This document shows positions 55,054 through 63,352 of a stretch of 64,000 nt of DNA, piece by piece. Within the stretch, counting starts at the first letter, position 1, and each line of letters starts with the position of its first letter. Location of the stretch: contig CAWHFW010000001.1 of NCBI GenBank assembly GCA_963828735.1, positions 32,001 through 96,000 on the forward strand, written 5' to 3'. The position numbers were made by a program, and so were the translations under genes. The stretch is from an uncultured Gemmatimonadales bacterium. GTDB taxonomy: Bacteria; Gemmatimonadota; Gemmatimonadetes; Gemmatimonadales; GWC2-71-9. The notes under the pieces are model-generated. The model was not told where the DNA came from. It saw nothing but the letters and a program-made list of their open reading frames with translations, and did not search any database.

Positions 55054-55650
55054 TCAGCTAGCCTCACGCTCGCGGGCCGGCGCGGGCCTGAAGTCGACCG
55101 CCAGCGTCAGCAGGAAAGCTCCCATGCGCTCCGCTTCCGCGACCGTGAGGTCGCGTGGAACGACGACCTGGGCCAGGAGGTCCGAGCGCAGCGGATAGTC
55201 GAGCGCCATGCTGTTCGAGGGCTGGCGCGCACCTCCGGACCTAGGCCGGGGGGGACCACCCATTGCGGCGCCATCCGCGGTTCCCGGCGCCGGGTCGAGC
55301 CGCCGCCGCGCCTCCGCTCGTCCGGATCGCACCGGAGATCGGAACGCGTAGCTGCCCGGATCGTCCATCCACCTGCCGAACTCCTCGATGGCGCGGTGGA
55401 CGCGCCTCCGATACTCGCCCACGGAGGCCGGGGACAGCCGGCCGGGGTAGCGGTTGAGAAAGTTCTTGAAGGTCGCCTCCACGTCGATCCGCCTGACGTC
55501 CTCCTCCTCCGCGGGGGACAGATCCTCCAACACCTTCATCGTCGCTACCCGCCACCCCTGGGCCGTCGCAGGGTGTACCAACCCTTTCGCGACGACGAAC
55601 TCGATGAACCGCGCGAGGGCGGCGCGGGAATAATCGGGCTGAGTTCCCAC
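55054..55650 (-). CDS. Hypothetical protein (198 aa), putative helical DNA-binding domain plus a small C-terminal domain
   Basis: GTG 55650 preceded by GGGAG. Amphipathic helices YSRAALARFIEF..KGL..TA..KVL..DVE..F..LSPASVGEYRRRV..AIEEF, a low-complexity linker, and C-terminal PLRSD..PRDLTVAEAERMGAFL. Confidence 0.7.
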   Translation of the reverse strand: MGTQPDYSRAALARFIEFVVAKGLVHPATAQGWRVATMKVLEDLSPAEEEDVRRIDVEATFKNFLNRYPGRLSPASVGEYRRRVHRAIEEFGRWMDDPGSYAFRSPVRSGRAEARRRLDPAPGTADGAAMGGPPRPRSGGARQPSNSMALDYPLRSDLLAQVVVPRDLTVAEAERMGAFLLTLAVDFRPAPAREREAS

Positions 55651-55676
55651 CACGGCTCCCGGATCAAGATTCCTCC

Positions 55677-55704
55677 AATCTATTGGTCTCGCGTTGGGCG
55701 GCAA
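55677..55704 (-). promoter_or_regulatory. Putative promoter of the orphan gene
   Basis: Minus strand TTGCCG-N16-TAGATT. Confidence 0.4.
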
Positions 55705-55936
55705 GCGTTTGTGGATAGATGTAGACAAACAAAACGCGGCCCCGGCCCGGTGTGGACTGCTGTTCATAAATCCAATGCCTGCACTTGCCCAGCAGAGCCG
55801 CCGACAACGCCATCAAACGCATCCAAACGCCGGCGGATGCGCGGGTGCCTCGAGCGGGCCGATTCAAACGCGCATCAAACTAGAGGCAACGCCGGTCGCG
55901 GGAGGGCAAACAGCGATGGCGGCGGGGTCAACGTTG
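55691..55936. repeat. Array of short CAA(A)C(GC) repeats, helically phased, with some inverted copies
   Basis: The C of each AAC core falls at 55735, 55808, 55818, 55828, 55869, 55880, 55890, 55911 and 55932. Inverted copies at 55691-55696 and 55705-55711. Confidence 0.65.
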
Positions 55937-56358
55937 AATCGGACAGGCGAACTTGGAAGTCCTTGCGGCTATGGGCATACCCCCTATGTGCCGCGAAGCT
56001 GTCCGGACGCTGCGAAGGTGCGGACCACCGGCGGGCAGGGGAGTAGCTGGAGAAGGGGTGGGGAAGCCGCTTGGATGGGAGGATGGCCCGAAAGCGCCCT
56101 GATGGCGGTTCGACACAATCGATCGGCAGCGGCTGCTCGGGTGCGGGAGACCCAAGTGCAGAAGCGATGTGCTCGCGCGTGGGCTGGGACAAGGCGCGCA
56201 CTCAGGTTCGGACCGCACGGGCGATCGACGTCGTCTACCCTCGCCGCGCGACCTCCAACTTCGGGGGCCCATCCAGCTCCCCGGCTGAGCGCTGGCCCCG
56301 GCGCCGCCGAATTGACTAGATTTGCGCTGTGTTACCCGCGCTCTCCCAAGGAGATAGG

Positions 56359-57555
56359 ATGTCCGAGGGTATGGCTGCCTTGGAGCTGAGGGATCCCGAC
56401 CTCCAACCCGTCGCCGAGAAAGTGCTCGCCGGCGTCCGGCTGGACGCGGCCGACGGTCTTCGCCTGTATGCGACGAGCGACCTGCTCGGCCTGGGCCGCC
56501 TGGCCGAGGTCGCCAACGCTCGGCGCAACGGCGATCGCGTGCTCTTCTCCGCGAATCAGCACATCAATCCGACGAACGTCTGCGTACTTCGGAACACCTG
56601 CGTCTTCTGCTCGTTCGCGCGCATGCCGAAGGAGGAGGGGGCGTATACCCGGTCGCTCGAGGAGGTCTTTCACGAGGCGGAGCAGGCACGCGGCATGCCC
56701 ACGCGCGAGTTCCACATCGTGGGCGGGCTCCACCCCAAGCTCCGGCTGAGCTACTACACCGACATGCTGCGCGGGCTCAAGGAGCGCCATCCGGACGTGC
56801 ACATCAAGGCGCTTACCGCGGTGGAGATCGCGCACCTGGCGCGGATCGAACGGGTGAGCGAGCGCGATGTGTTGCTCGCGCTGCGCGAGGCGGGCCTCAC
56901 CAGCCTTCCGGGCGGCGGGGCGGAAGTCTTCAGCACGGCGGTGCGCGCCACGATCGCCGAGCGGAAGCTCACCGGCGAGGAATGGATCCGGGTGCACCGC
57001 ACTGCGCACGAGCTCGGCATCCCGACCAACTGCACGATGCTCTACGGCCACGTCGAGACGGCCGAAGACCGCATCGCGCACCTTTCGATGCTCCGCGCGC
57101 TCCAGGACGACACCAGCGGCTTCCTCACCTATATCCCGCTTGCCTACCATCCGGACCACAACGAGCTGGGCGAAGAGCTCGGTCGGGTGGGCACCGCCAC
57201 GACGGGGTACGAGGATCTCAAGAACATCGCCGTGGGGCGGCTGTTCCTCGACAACGTCCCTCACATCAAGACGCATTGGCCGATGGTGACGCCGTTCCTC
57301 TCCCAGATCGCGCTCAGCTTCGGGTGCGACGACGTCGAGGGCACGGTGGTCTACGAGCGGGTGTATCACGAGGCGGGCGCGCACACCCAGATGCACATGC
57401 CCTACCTCGAGCTGGTCCGGCTGATCCGCGGCGCGGGCAAGCGGCCGGTGGAGCGCGACAGCCTGTATCGGCCCGTGCGCGACCAATTCGACGATCCGCC
57501 CCCCGAGCCGACGGTCCGGCGGGGCGCCGCGCTGCCGGTGGTGCACGCCGCATGA
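56359..57555 (+). CDS. mqnE: Aminofutalosine synthase (radical SAM)
   Basis: INPTNVC..CVFCSF, HIVGGLHP, KALTAVE, PGGGAEVF, TMLYGHVE motifs. AAGGAG ribosome-binding site. Confidence 0.88.
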   Translation: MSEGMAALELRDPDLQPVAEKVLAGVRLDAADGLRLYATSDLLGLGRLAEVANARRNGDRVLFSANQHINPTNVCVLRNTCVFCSFARMPKEEGAYTRSLEEVFHEAEQARGMPTREFHIVGGLHPKLRLSYYTDMLRGLKERHPDVHIKALTAVEIAHLARIERVSERDVLLALREAGLTSLPGGGAEVFSTAVRATIAERKLTGEEWIRVHRTAHELGIPTNCTMLYGHVETAEDRIAHLSMLRALQDDTSGFLTYIPLAYHPDHNELGEELGRVGTATTGYEDLKNIAVGRLFLDNVPHIKTHWPMVTPFLSQIALSFGCDDVEGTVVYERVYHEAGAHTQMHMPYLELVRLIRGAGKRPVERDSLYRPVRDQFDDPPPEPTVRRGAALPVVHAA

Positions 57556-58373
57556 GGCTCGGGCGGATTCCCTGGATCAACTGCTACCCGGTCTACGGAG
57601 CGATCGACCGCGGCCTCGTGCGCGTCCCCGCCGAGCTGGTCACGGGCACCGCGTCCGAGCTGAACGATCTGCTGGCCGCGGGCGAGCTCCAGGTGAGCGT
57701 GGTCTCGGCGGTGGAATACGCGCGCAACGCGGCCGCCTATCACCTGCTGCCCGACCTCGCCATCACCTGCGATGGGCCCGTGCACAGCGTCGCGCTGTTC
57801 TCGCGCCGCCCGGTCGACGCGCTCGATGGGTGTACGGTGCTGCGGACCGCGTCGTCGCGCACGTCGGTGCTGCTCCTCGATCTCATCGCCCGCCACCGGT
57901 GGGGCGTGAGCCCCCGGTACGCGACGGCGCGTGCGGAGGCCTCGGATCTCGACGCGTTGTCCGGCCTGCCGCACGAGGCGGTGCTCGTCATCGGCGACGC
58001 GGCGCTCCTGCTCGCCGCGGAAGAGCGCTATCCGGTGCGGGTGGATCTCGGCGGGGAATGGAAGGCGTGGACGGGGTTGCCCTTCGTCTTCGCGGTGTGG
58101 GCGGCCCGCCGGGACGCCGGAATCGACGCGGTGCAGGCGGTGCACCGTCGTCTGCTCGAGTCACGAGCGTGGGGGTTGGCCCATCTCGACGCCCTCGCCG
58201 CGGCCGCCGCGCGGAGCACTGGAGTCCGGGAGTCCGTGTGTCGCGCCTACCTCGGCGATCTGGACTACGCGCTCTCCTACCGCCACCTCGCGGGGCTCAC
58301 CGATTTCTTCCGTCGGCTGGCGCAGGAGGGGTTGGTGCCGGACGGATCGCTTTCCTTCATCTCGGCCGCCTAA
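57552..58373 (+). CDS. mqnA: Chorismate dehydratase
   Basis: RLGRIPWINCYP, GPVHSV, SRTS, IGDAAL, DLGGEW..TGLPFVFAVW motifs. Confidence 0.88.
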   Translation: MRLGRIPWINCYPVYGAIDRGLVRVPAELVTGTASELNDLLAAGELQVSVVSAVEYARNAAAYHLLPDLAITCDGPVHSVALFSRRPVDALDGCTVLRTASSRTSVLLLDLIARHRWGVSPRYATARAEASDLDALSGLPHEAVLVIGDAALLLAAEERYPVRVDLGGEWKAWTGLPFVFAVWAARRDAGIDAVQAVHRRLLESRAWGLAHLDALAAAAARSTGVRESVCRAYLGDLDYALSYRHLAGLTDFFRRLAQEGLVPDGSLSFISAA

Positions 58374-58433
58374 CCGCGCCGCTGCCGGGATTGGGACGAC
58401 GAGATCAAGCATCACCTGCAACCGGTTGATCCC

Positions 58434-59492
58434 ATGAGCGCTGTCGATCGCAGTTCAAGTGAATTCAAGGCGTTTCTCGGGCTCTACCAACGCGCCCCGC
58501 TCCTCGAGCTCGGCCAGCTGGCCGACGCGGAGCGCTGGCGGCGCCATCCCGACCCCGTCGTCACCTACATCATCGACCGGAACATCAACTACACCAACGT
58601 CTGCGTCGCCGACTGCCAGTTCTGCGCGTTCTACCGCCGACCCAAGGACGACCAGGGTTATGTGCTCAGCTTCGAGCAGATCGGCGCCAAGATCGACGAG
58701 TGCAAGGCCATCGGGGGCGTCCAGATCCTGCTTCAGGGCGGTCACAACCCGTACATCCCGTTCGAGTGGTACCTCGACCTCATGCGCTACATCAAGCGCC
58801 ACCACCCGATCCACATCCACGGGTTCTCGCCCTCGGAGGTCGTGTTCTTCAGCGAGCGGTTCGGTCATTCGGTGGCCGACGTGGTGCGTGAGCTCAAGGC
58901 CGCCGGGCTCGACAGCATCCCGGGTGGCGGTGGCGAGATCCTGGTGGACCGGATTCGCGAGCGCGTGGCGAAGAAGAAGGCGCAGACCGAGGAGTGGCTC
59001 GGCGTCCAGGAGGAGGCGCACCGGCAGGGAATGAAGACCTCCGTCACGATGATGTATGGCCTCGGCGAAAGCGACGAGGACCGGATCGAGCATCTGTTCC
59101 GCGTGCGTGAGGTCCAACGGCGCACCGGCGGCTTCACCGCGTTCATCTGCTGGCCGCTTCAGCCGGAGGGCACGCCTGGCATGTCGCACTATCAGAAGAC
59201 CGACGCGGTGACCTACCTCCGCACGCTCGCCATCGCGCGCATCGTGCTCGACAACGTGCCCAACCTTCAGTCCTCGTGGGTCACGATGGGACATAAGGTC
59301 GGCCAAGTGGCCCTGCGTTTCGGCGCGAACGATTACGGCAGCCTCATGATGGAGGAGAACGTCGTGTCGGCCGCGGGGACGACCTACCGCACGACGCTCC
59401 AGGAGATCGACCGCCTCATCGGCGACGCCGGCTACCGTCCCATGCGCCGCCGCCAGGACTACAGCGTGATCGAGGAGCCGGTGGCCGCGTGA
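58434..59492 (+). CDS. mqnC: Cyclic dehypoxanthinyl futalosine synthase
   Basis: DRNINYTNVCVADCQFCAF, LQGG, PGGGGEIL, SSWVT, MEENVV motifs. Confidence 0.9.
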   Translation: MSAVDRSSSEFKAFLGLYQRAPLLELGQLADAERWRRHPDPVVTYIIDRNINYTNVCVADCQFCAFYRRPKDDQGYVLSFEQIGAKIDECKAIGGVQILLQGGHNPYIPFEWYLDLMRYIKRHHPIHIHGFSPSEVVFFSERFGHSVADVVRELKAAGLDSIPGGGGEILVDRIRERVAKKKAQTEEWLGVQEEAHRQGMKTSVTMMYGLGESDEDRIEHLFRVREVQRRTGGFTAFICWPLQPEGTPGMSHYQKTDAVTYLRTLAIARIVLDNVPNLQSSWVTMGHKVGQVALRFGANDYGSLMMEENVVSAAGTTYRTTLQEIDRLIGDAGYRPMRRRQDYSVIEEPVAA

Positions 59493-59965
59493 CCCGGGTG
59501 GGCATCGGGTACGACTCGCATCGGTTCACCGCGGGCCGCCCGCTCATCCTCGGCGGCGTCACCATCCCCCACGCTCAGGGCCTTGCCGGCCACTCGGACG
59601 CCGACGCGGTCGCGCACGCGCTGACCGATGCCATCCTCGGCGCGGCCGGCGCGGGCAACATCGGTCAGCTCTTTCCCGATGCCGATCCGCAATGGAAGGA
59701 CGCCGACTCGATGGAGTTGTTGCGCACGGCGCATGAGCTCGTGCGCGGTCGCGGCCTGACGCTGACGCAGGCCGATTGCTCCGTGATCACCGAACAGCCC
59801 AGGTTGGGCCCCCACTTGGGCGCCATGGCCGCCGCGCTGGCCTCCCGGCTGGGGGTGGAGTCAGGGGCGATCAGCGTGAAGGCGAAGACGAACGAAGGCA
59901 TGGGCTTCATCGGCCGCGGAGAGGGCCTCGCCGTCATCGCCGTCGCGGTGCTGGAGGTCCGCTGA
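59489..59965 (+). CDS. ispF: 2-C-methyl-D-erythritol 2,4-cyclodiphosphate synthase
   Basis: RVGIGYDSH, GHSDADAVAHALTDA, KAKTNEGMG motifs. Confidence 0.95.
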   Translation: MTRVGIGYDSHRFTAGRPLILGGVTIPHAQGLAGHSDADAVAHALTDAILGAAGAGNIGQLFPDADPQWKDADSMELLRTAHELVRGRGLTLTQADCSVITEQPRLGPHLGAMAAALASRLGVESGAISVKAKTNEGMGFIGRGEGLAVIAVAVLEVR

Positions 59966-61032
59966 TCGAGTCCCTGCTGGACTGGGTCTCACACCTGCCA
60001 CCCGCCGCCGTCTACGCAGTCCTCGCGCTGCTCGCGGCGGTGGAGAACATAGTGCCGCCGGTGCCGAGCGACGCCGCCGTCGCGCTCGGTGCGTTCCTCT
60101 CACACCGCCACGTCACCACGCCGCTCGCCGTGTTCCTCGTGACCTGGACCGCGAACCTGCTAGGCGCGGCCGGTGTCTACCTCGCGTCGAGACGCTATGG
60201 CCGGAAGCTGTTCGCCTCTCCCACCGGCCGCCGCCTGCTGGCGCCGCGCTCGCTCGCGGTGATCGAGCGTGGATACCTGCGGTTCGGCGTCCTCGGCATC
60301 TTCATCGGTCGCTTCCTCCCCGGCATCCGCGCCGTCGTGCCCCCCTTCGCGGGCCTGATCGGCCTCGGTGCCATGCGGACCCTCGTGCCGACGAGCATCG
60401 CCTCGGCGATCTGGTACGGAGGCATCACGCTCATCGGGGCGCTCATCGGCGCCGAATGGGGCCGCATCACGACGGTCATCGCCGGCGTCAACCGGACCCT
60501 GGGACTCGTGACCCTGGGCGTGGTCGTGGTGGGTGGGACGTGGTATCTGTGGCGCGCGAGGGCGCGGCGGCGGGAGCCTGTGTGGCACGCCACGCGTGAG
60601 GCGCTGGATCCCGCCGCCCCGTCGTTCCTGGCCGGCACCGACATCGCCGAAGGGTCGGCACGACAGGCCGCGGCGCTCGTCGTGCTCGAGCTTGCGTACG
60701 CCGACCCCGTTCTCACCGCCGACGACCGGCAGGTGATCGCGGACCACCTGCACGCGCGCTGGGGGCTCGCCCCATCCCGCACGCCGCCCGCTCCACCGCC
60801 CGAGCACGAGCGCCGCACGCGATTCGCCAACTACGCGCGCCGGCTCGGCAAGCGGGTCGGCCGTGCGGAGCGGCTGGAATTGGTGGAGCGGATGTGGAGC
60901 GTGGCGTTCGCCGACGGCGCCATCGGTGCGCACGAGGCGCGGCTCATGCACCTGGCCGCGGAGCTGCTGGGGATCGGGCCGGCCGAGCTGGCCGACGTGT
61001 CGCGGCGCGCTCGGGCGCCGGACGGCGCGTGA
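59962..61032 (+). CDS. DedA/VTT membrane protein fused to a TerB-like domain; probable CTG start
   Basis: DedA motifs ENIVPPVPSD and GRFLPGIR. TerB-like motifs ELAYAD and MWSVAFADG..HE..AELLGI. Confidence 0.75.
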   Translation: MIESLLDWVSHLPPAAVYAVLALLAAVENIVPPVPSDAAVALGAFLSHRHVTTPLAVFLVTWTANLLGAAGVYLASRRYGRKLFASPTGRRLLAPRSLAVIERGYLRFGVLGIFIGRFLPGIRAVVPPFAGLIGLGAMRTLVPTSIASAIWYGGITLIGALIGAEWGRITTVIAGVNRTLGLVTLGVVVVGGTWYLWRARARRREPVWHATREALDPAAPSFLAGTDIAEGSARQAAALVVLELAYADPVLTADDRQVIADHLHARWGLAPSRTPPAPPPEHERRTRFANYARRLGKRVGRAERLELVERMWSVAFADGAIGAHEARLMHLAAELLGIGPAELADVSRRARAPDGA

Positions 61033-61949
61033 CCGCCACCGATGTGCGCGACCGGGCCGCGCGCGATTTCTGGCTCGAGGGCTTTCGCGACTATCTCGCG
61101 ATCGAGTCGGGTCACAGCGAGAACACGGTCGAGGCGTACCTGCGTGATCTCCGGCGACTCGCGGAGTTCGCGGCCTCCAGGGGCGTGCGCGACCCGGGTC
61201 AGGTGACCCGACCCCTGCTGCGGGACTTCGTCTACCTGCTCAAGGACCTGGGTCTCAGCGCGGCCACGATCCGACGCGAGGTGTCCGCCGTTCGGACCTA
61301 CTACGCCTTTCTCGTCGGCGAAGGCCGTGTGGCGGCCGATCCGAGCGATCGCCTGGAAACGCCCCGGCGCGGCCGCGTCCTCCCGGACACGCTCTCGGTC
61401 GGGGACGTGGAAGCGCTGCTGGCCGCTCCGCACCTCGACGAGCCCCTGGCCTGGCGGGACCGCGCGCTGCTCGAGCTCGGGTACGGCGCCGGGCTCCGGG
61501 TGTCGGAGCTGTGCGGCCTCTCGACCACCGACCTCCTGCTCACCGAGAATCTCGTTCGCGTCTTCGGCAAGGGCGGGAAGGAGCGGCTCGTGCCCATCGG
61601 CCGCACGGTGATCGGGGCGGTCTCCGTGTACCTGCATCAGCTCCGGCCCGAGCTCGACCGGGGAAAGAGCGCCGGCCGCGTGCTGCTCAATGCCCGGGGC
61701 CAGCCGCTCTCGCGCGTGGGTGCGTGGGGGATCGTGAAGCGCGCGGCCGCCCGGGCCGGCATTCGCAAGCGGGTCTCGCCGCACACCCTCCGGCACAGCT
61801 TCGCCACCCACCTGCTCGAAGGGGGGGCCGACCTGCGCGCGGTCCAGGAGATGCTGGGACACGCCGACCTTTCGACGACCCAGATCTATACCCACGTGGA
61901 TCGGGAGTACCTCCGATCGGTGCACAAGCAATTCCACCCGCGCGGCTGA
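61029..61949 (+). CDS. xerD: Site-specific tyrosine recombinase XerD
   Basis: SENTVEAYLRDL, RDRALLEL.YGAGLRVSE, GKGGKERLVP, SPHTLRHSFATHLL, LGHADLSTTQIYTH, HPR motifs. Confidence 0.9.
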   Translation: MTATDVRDRAARDFWLEGFRDYLAIESGHSENTVEAYLRDLRRLAEFAASRGVRDPGQVTRPLLRDFVYLLKDLGLSAATIRREVSAVRTYYAFLVGEGRVAADPSDRLETPRRGRVLPDTLSVGDVEALLAAPHLDEPLAWRDRALLELGYGAGLRVSELCGLSTTDLLLTENLVRVFGKGGKERLVPIGRTVIGAVSVYLHQLRPELDRGKSAGRVLLNARGQPLSRVGAWGIVKRAAARAGIRKRVSPHTLRHSFATHLLEGGADLRAVQEMLGHADLSTTQIYTHVDREYLRSVHKQFHPRG

Positions 61950-63352
61950 GGCTGCGCGCCGCGAGCGCCGCGGTCGTGCTGCTCGGCCTGGGCGCCTGCG
62001 CGCGCTACGAGCCGCAGCCACTCGACCTGACCGGCCATCCGGCCGAGTATCGGGCCCGTCGCCTCGACGATCCGCAGCTGCTCGCGTGGGTCGCTCGCTG
62101 GTCGTCTCCGCCTGACAGCGGCCGCTGGAATGCGCGCCAGCTCGCGCTCGCGGCGCTCGGACTTCGCGCCGAGCTGATCCGGGCCCGGGCGGACTGGCGC
62201 GTCGCGGTGGCGGCCGAGCAGAGCGCCGGTGCGCGCCCTCAGCCGGGCGTCGCGGGCAGCGTCGAGCACGCGGTCTCCGGAAGCGACGGTCAGTCGCCCT
62301 GGGTCGTCTCGCTGACGGGCCTCTTCAGCATAGAGCTCGGTGGCAAGCGCGGCGCACGTGTCCAGCAGGCCCGCGCCCGGACGGCGATCGCCGAGGCCGA
62401 GCTGCGATCGACCGGGTGGCACATCGCGCGTGATGCGCGCTCGGCGGCGCTCGCGGTGATGGCGGCCGAGGCCGATCTGGGCGGCGCGCGCCGTGAAGCC
62501 GAAGCGCTGCTCGACGTCGAGACCCGAGAGCGCGCGCGGTTTCTGGAGGCGTCGCTCTCGAGCGCCGAGCTGGCCCGCACGAGTACCGAGGTGCAGGCAG
62601 CCCGGACTGAGGCAGCCACGGCCGAGGCGACCGTGCTCGCCGCCCGCGTCGAGTTGGCCGGGGTCCTCGCACTCCCGGGGCGGGCGCTCGATTCGGTGGA
62701 GGTGGTGGGAGACAGCGCACTGGGGTGCGCCCCACTGGAGCGACTAGGGACCGACTCTCTGGAGGCCCTTGCGCTGACCCGACGCTCCGAGATCGGTCGC
62801 GCGCTCGCCGAGTACGCCGCCGCAGAGGCCGATCTTCGTCTCGAGGTGGCGCGCCAGTATCCAGACCTGGACCTCGGACCCGGATTCATCTGGGACCAGG
62901 GTGTGCACCGCTGGACGCTTGTGCTCGCGCTGCCGAACCTCCTCGGGTTCCGGAATCGTGCTCCGATCACCCAGGCGGAGACCGCCAGGTCGGCGGCCGC
63001 GGCGCGCGTCGCCGAGCGACAGGACGAGCTGCTCGCCGAGGTCGAGGCGGCCGCGGTCCGCTGCCGCGGAGCGGCGCTGGAGCGGGCGGCTGCCGACTCG
63101 CAGGTCGCCGTGACGGAGCGGGCGCTGGCGGTGGCGCGGTCCGCCTACCAGCGCGGCGAGACCTCCGGCCTGGAGCCGGCGCTCGCGGGCCTGTCCGTGG
63201 TACGCGCGGAGCGGCTTCGTCGGGCCGCGCTCGCTCGCGCGGCGAGGGTGGCGGAGGCGCTACGGTGGGCCGTGGGCGACTGGGTCGACAGCGCTCCGGA
63301 GTCCTGGCCGGATCCCCGGGTGGATCAACTGTCTGAAGGAGCGTCGAGATGA
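61946..63352 (+). CDS. TolC-family outer-membrane efflux lipoprotein (CusC/CzcC-like); probable CTG start
   Basis: Lipobox LGAC, with IELGGKRGAR, ARQYPDLDLGPG and AYQRGE motifs. Confidence 0.8.
   Translation: MRLRAASAAVVLLGLGACARYEPQPLDLTGHPAEYRARRLDDPQLLAWVARWSSPPDSGRWNARQLALAALGLRAELIRARADWRVAVAAEQSAGARPQPGVAGSVEHAVSGSDGQSPWVVSLTGLFSIELGGKRGARVQQARARTAIAEAELRSTGWHIARDARSAALAVMAAEADLGGARREAEALLDVETRERARFLEASLSSAELARTSTEVQAARTEAATAEATVLAARVELAGVLALPGRALDSVEVVGDSALGCAPLERLGTDSLEALALTRRSEIGRALAEYAAAEADLRLEVARQYPDLDLGPGFIWDQGVHRWTLVLALPNLLGFRNRAPITQAETARSAAAARVAERQDELLAEVEAAAVRCRGAALERAAADSQVAVTERALAVARSAYQRGETSGLEPALAGLSVVRAERLRRAALARAARVAEALRWAVGDWVDSAPESWPDPRVDQLSEGASR

Noticed and set aside
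55036..55058. Hairpin and 9-bp direct repeat (CGCGTCAGC) as a terminator or insertion scar
   Set aside because: 6-bp stem with no U-tract. No matching copy was found at the other side of the orphan module.
55700..55940. Repeat array as a CRISPR or as oriC
   Set aside because: Units are 5-10 bp with no spacer structure and no cas genes. There is only one near-consensus DnaA box and no clear unwinding element.
55694..56389. 231-aa plus-strand ORF across the large spacer
   Set aside because: Atypical codon usage, no ribosome-binding site or motif, and it overlaps both the repeats and the mqnE start. Not supported as a gene, though not strictly excluded.
61029..61949. Tyrosine recombinase as a prophage or island integrase
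   Set aside because: It has housekeeping XerD signatures and is embedded in a core operon. No att sites or mobile cargo were seen.
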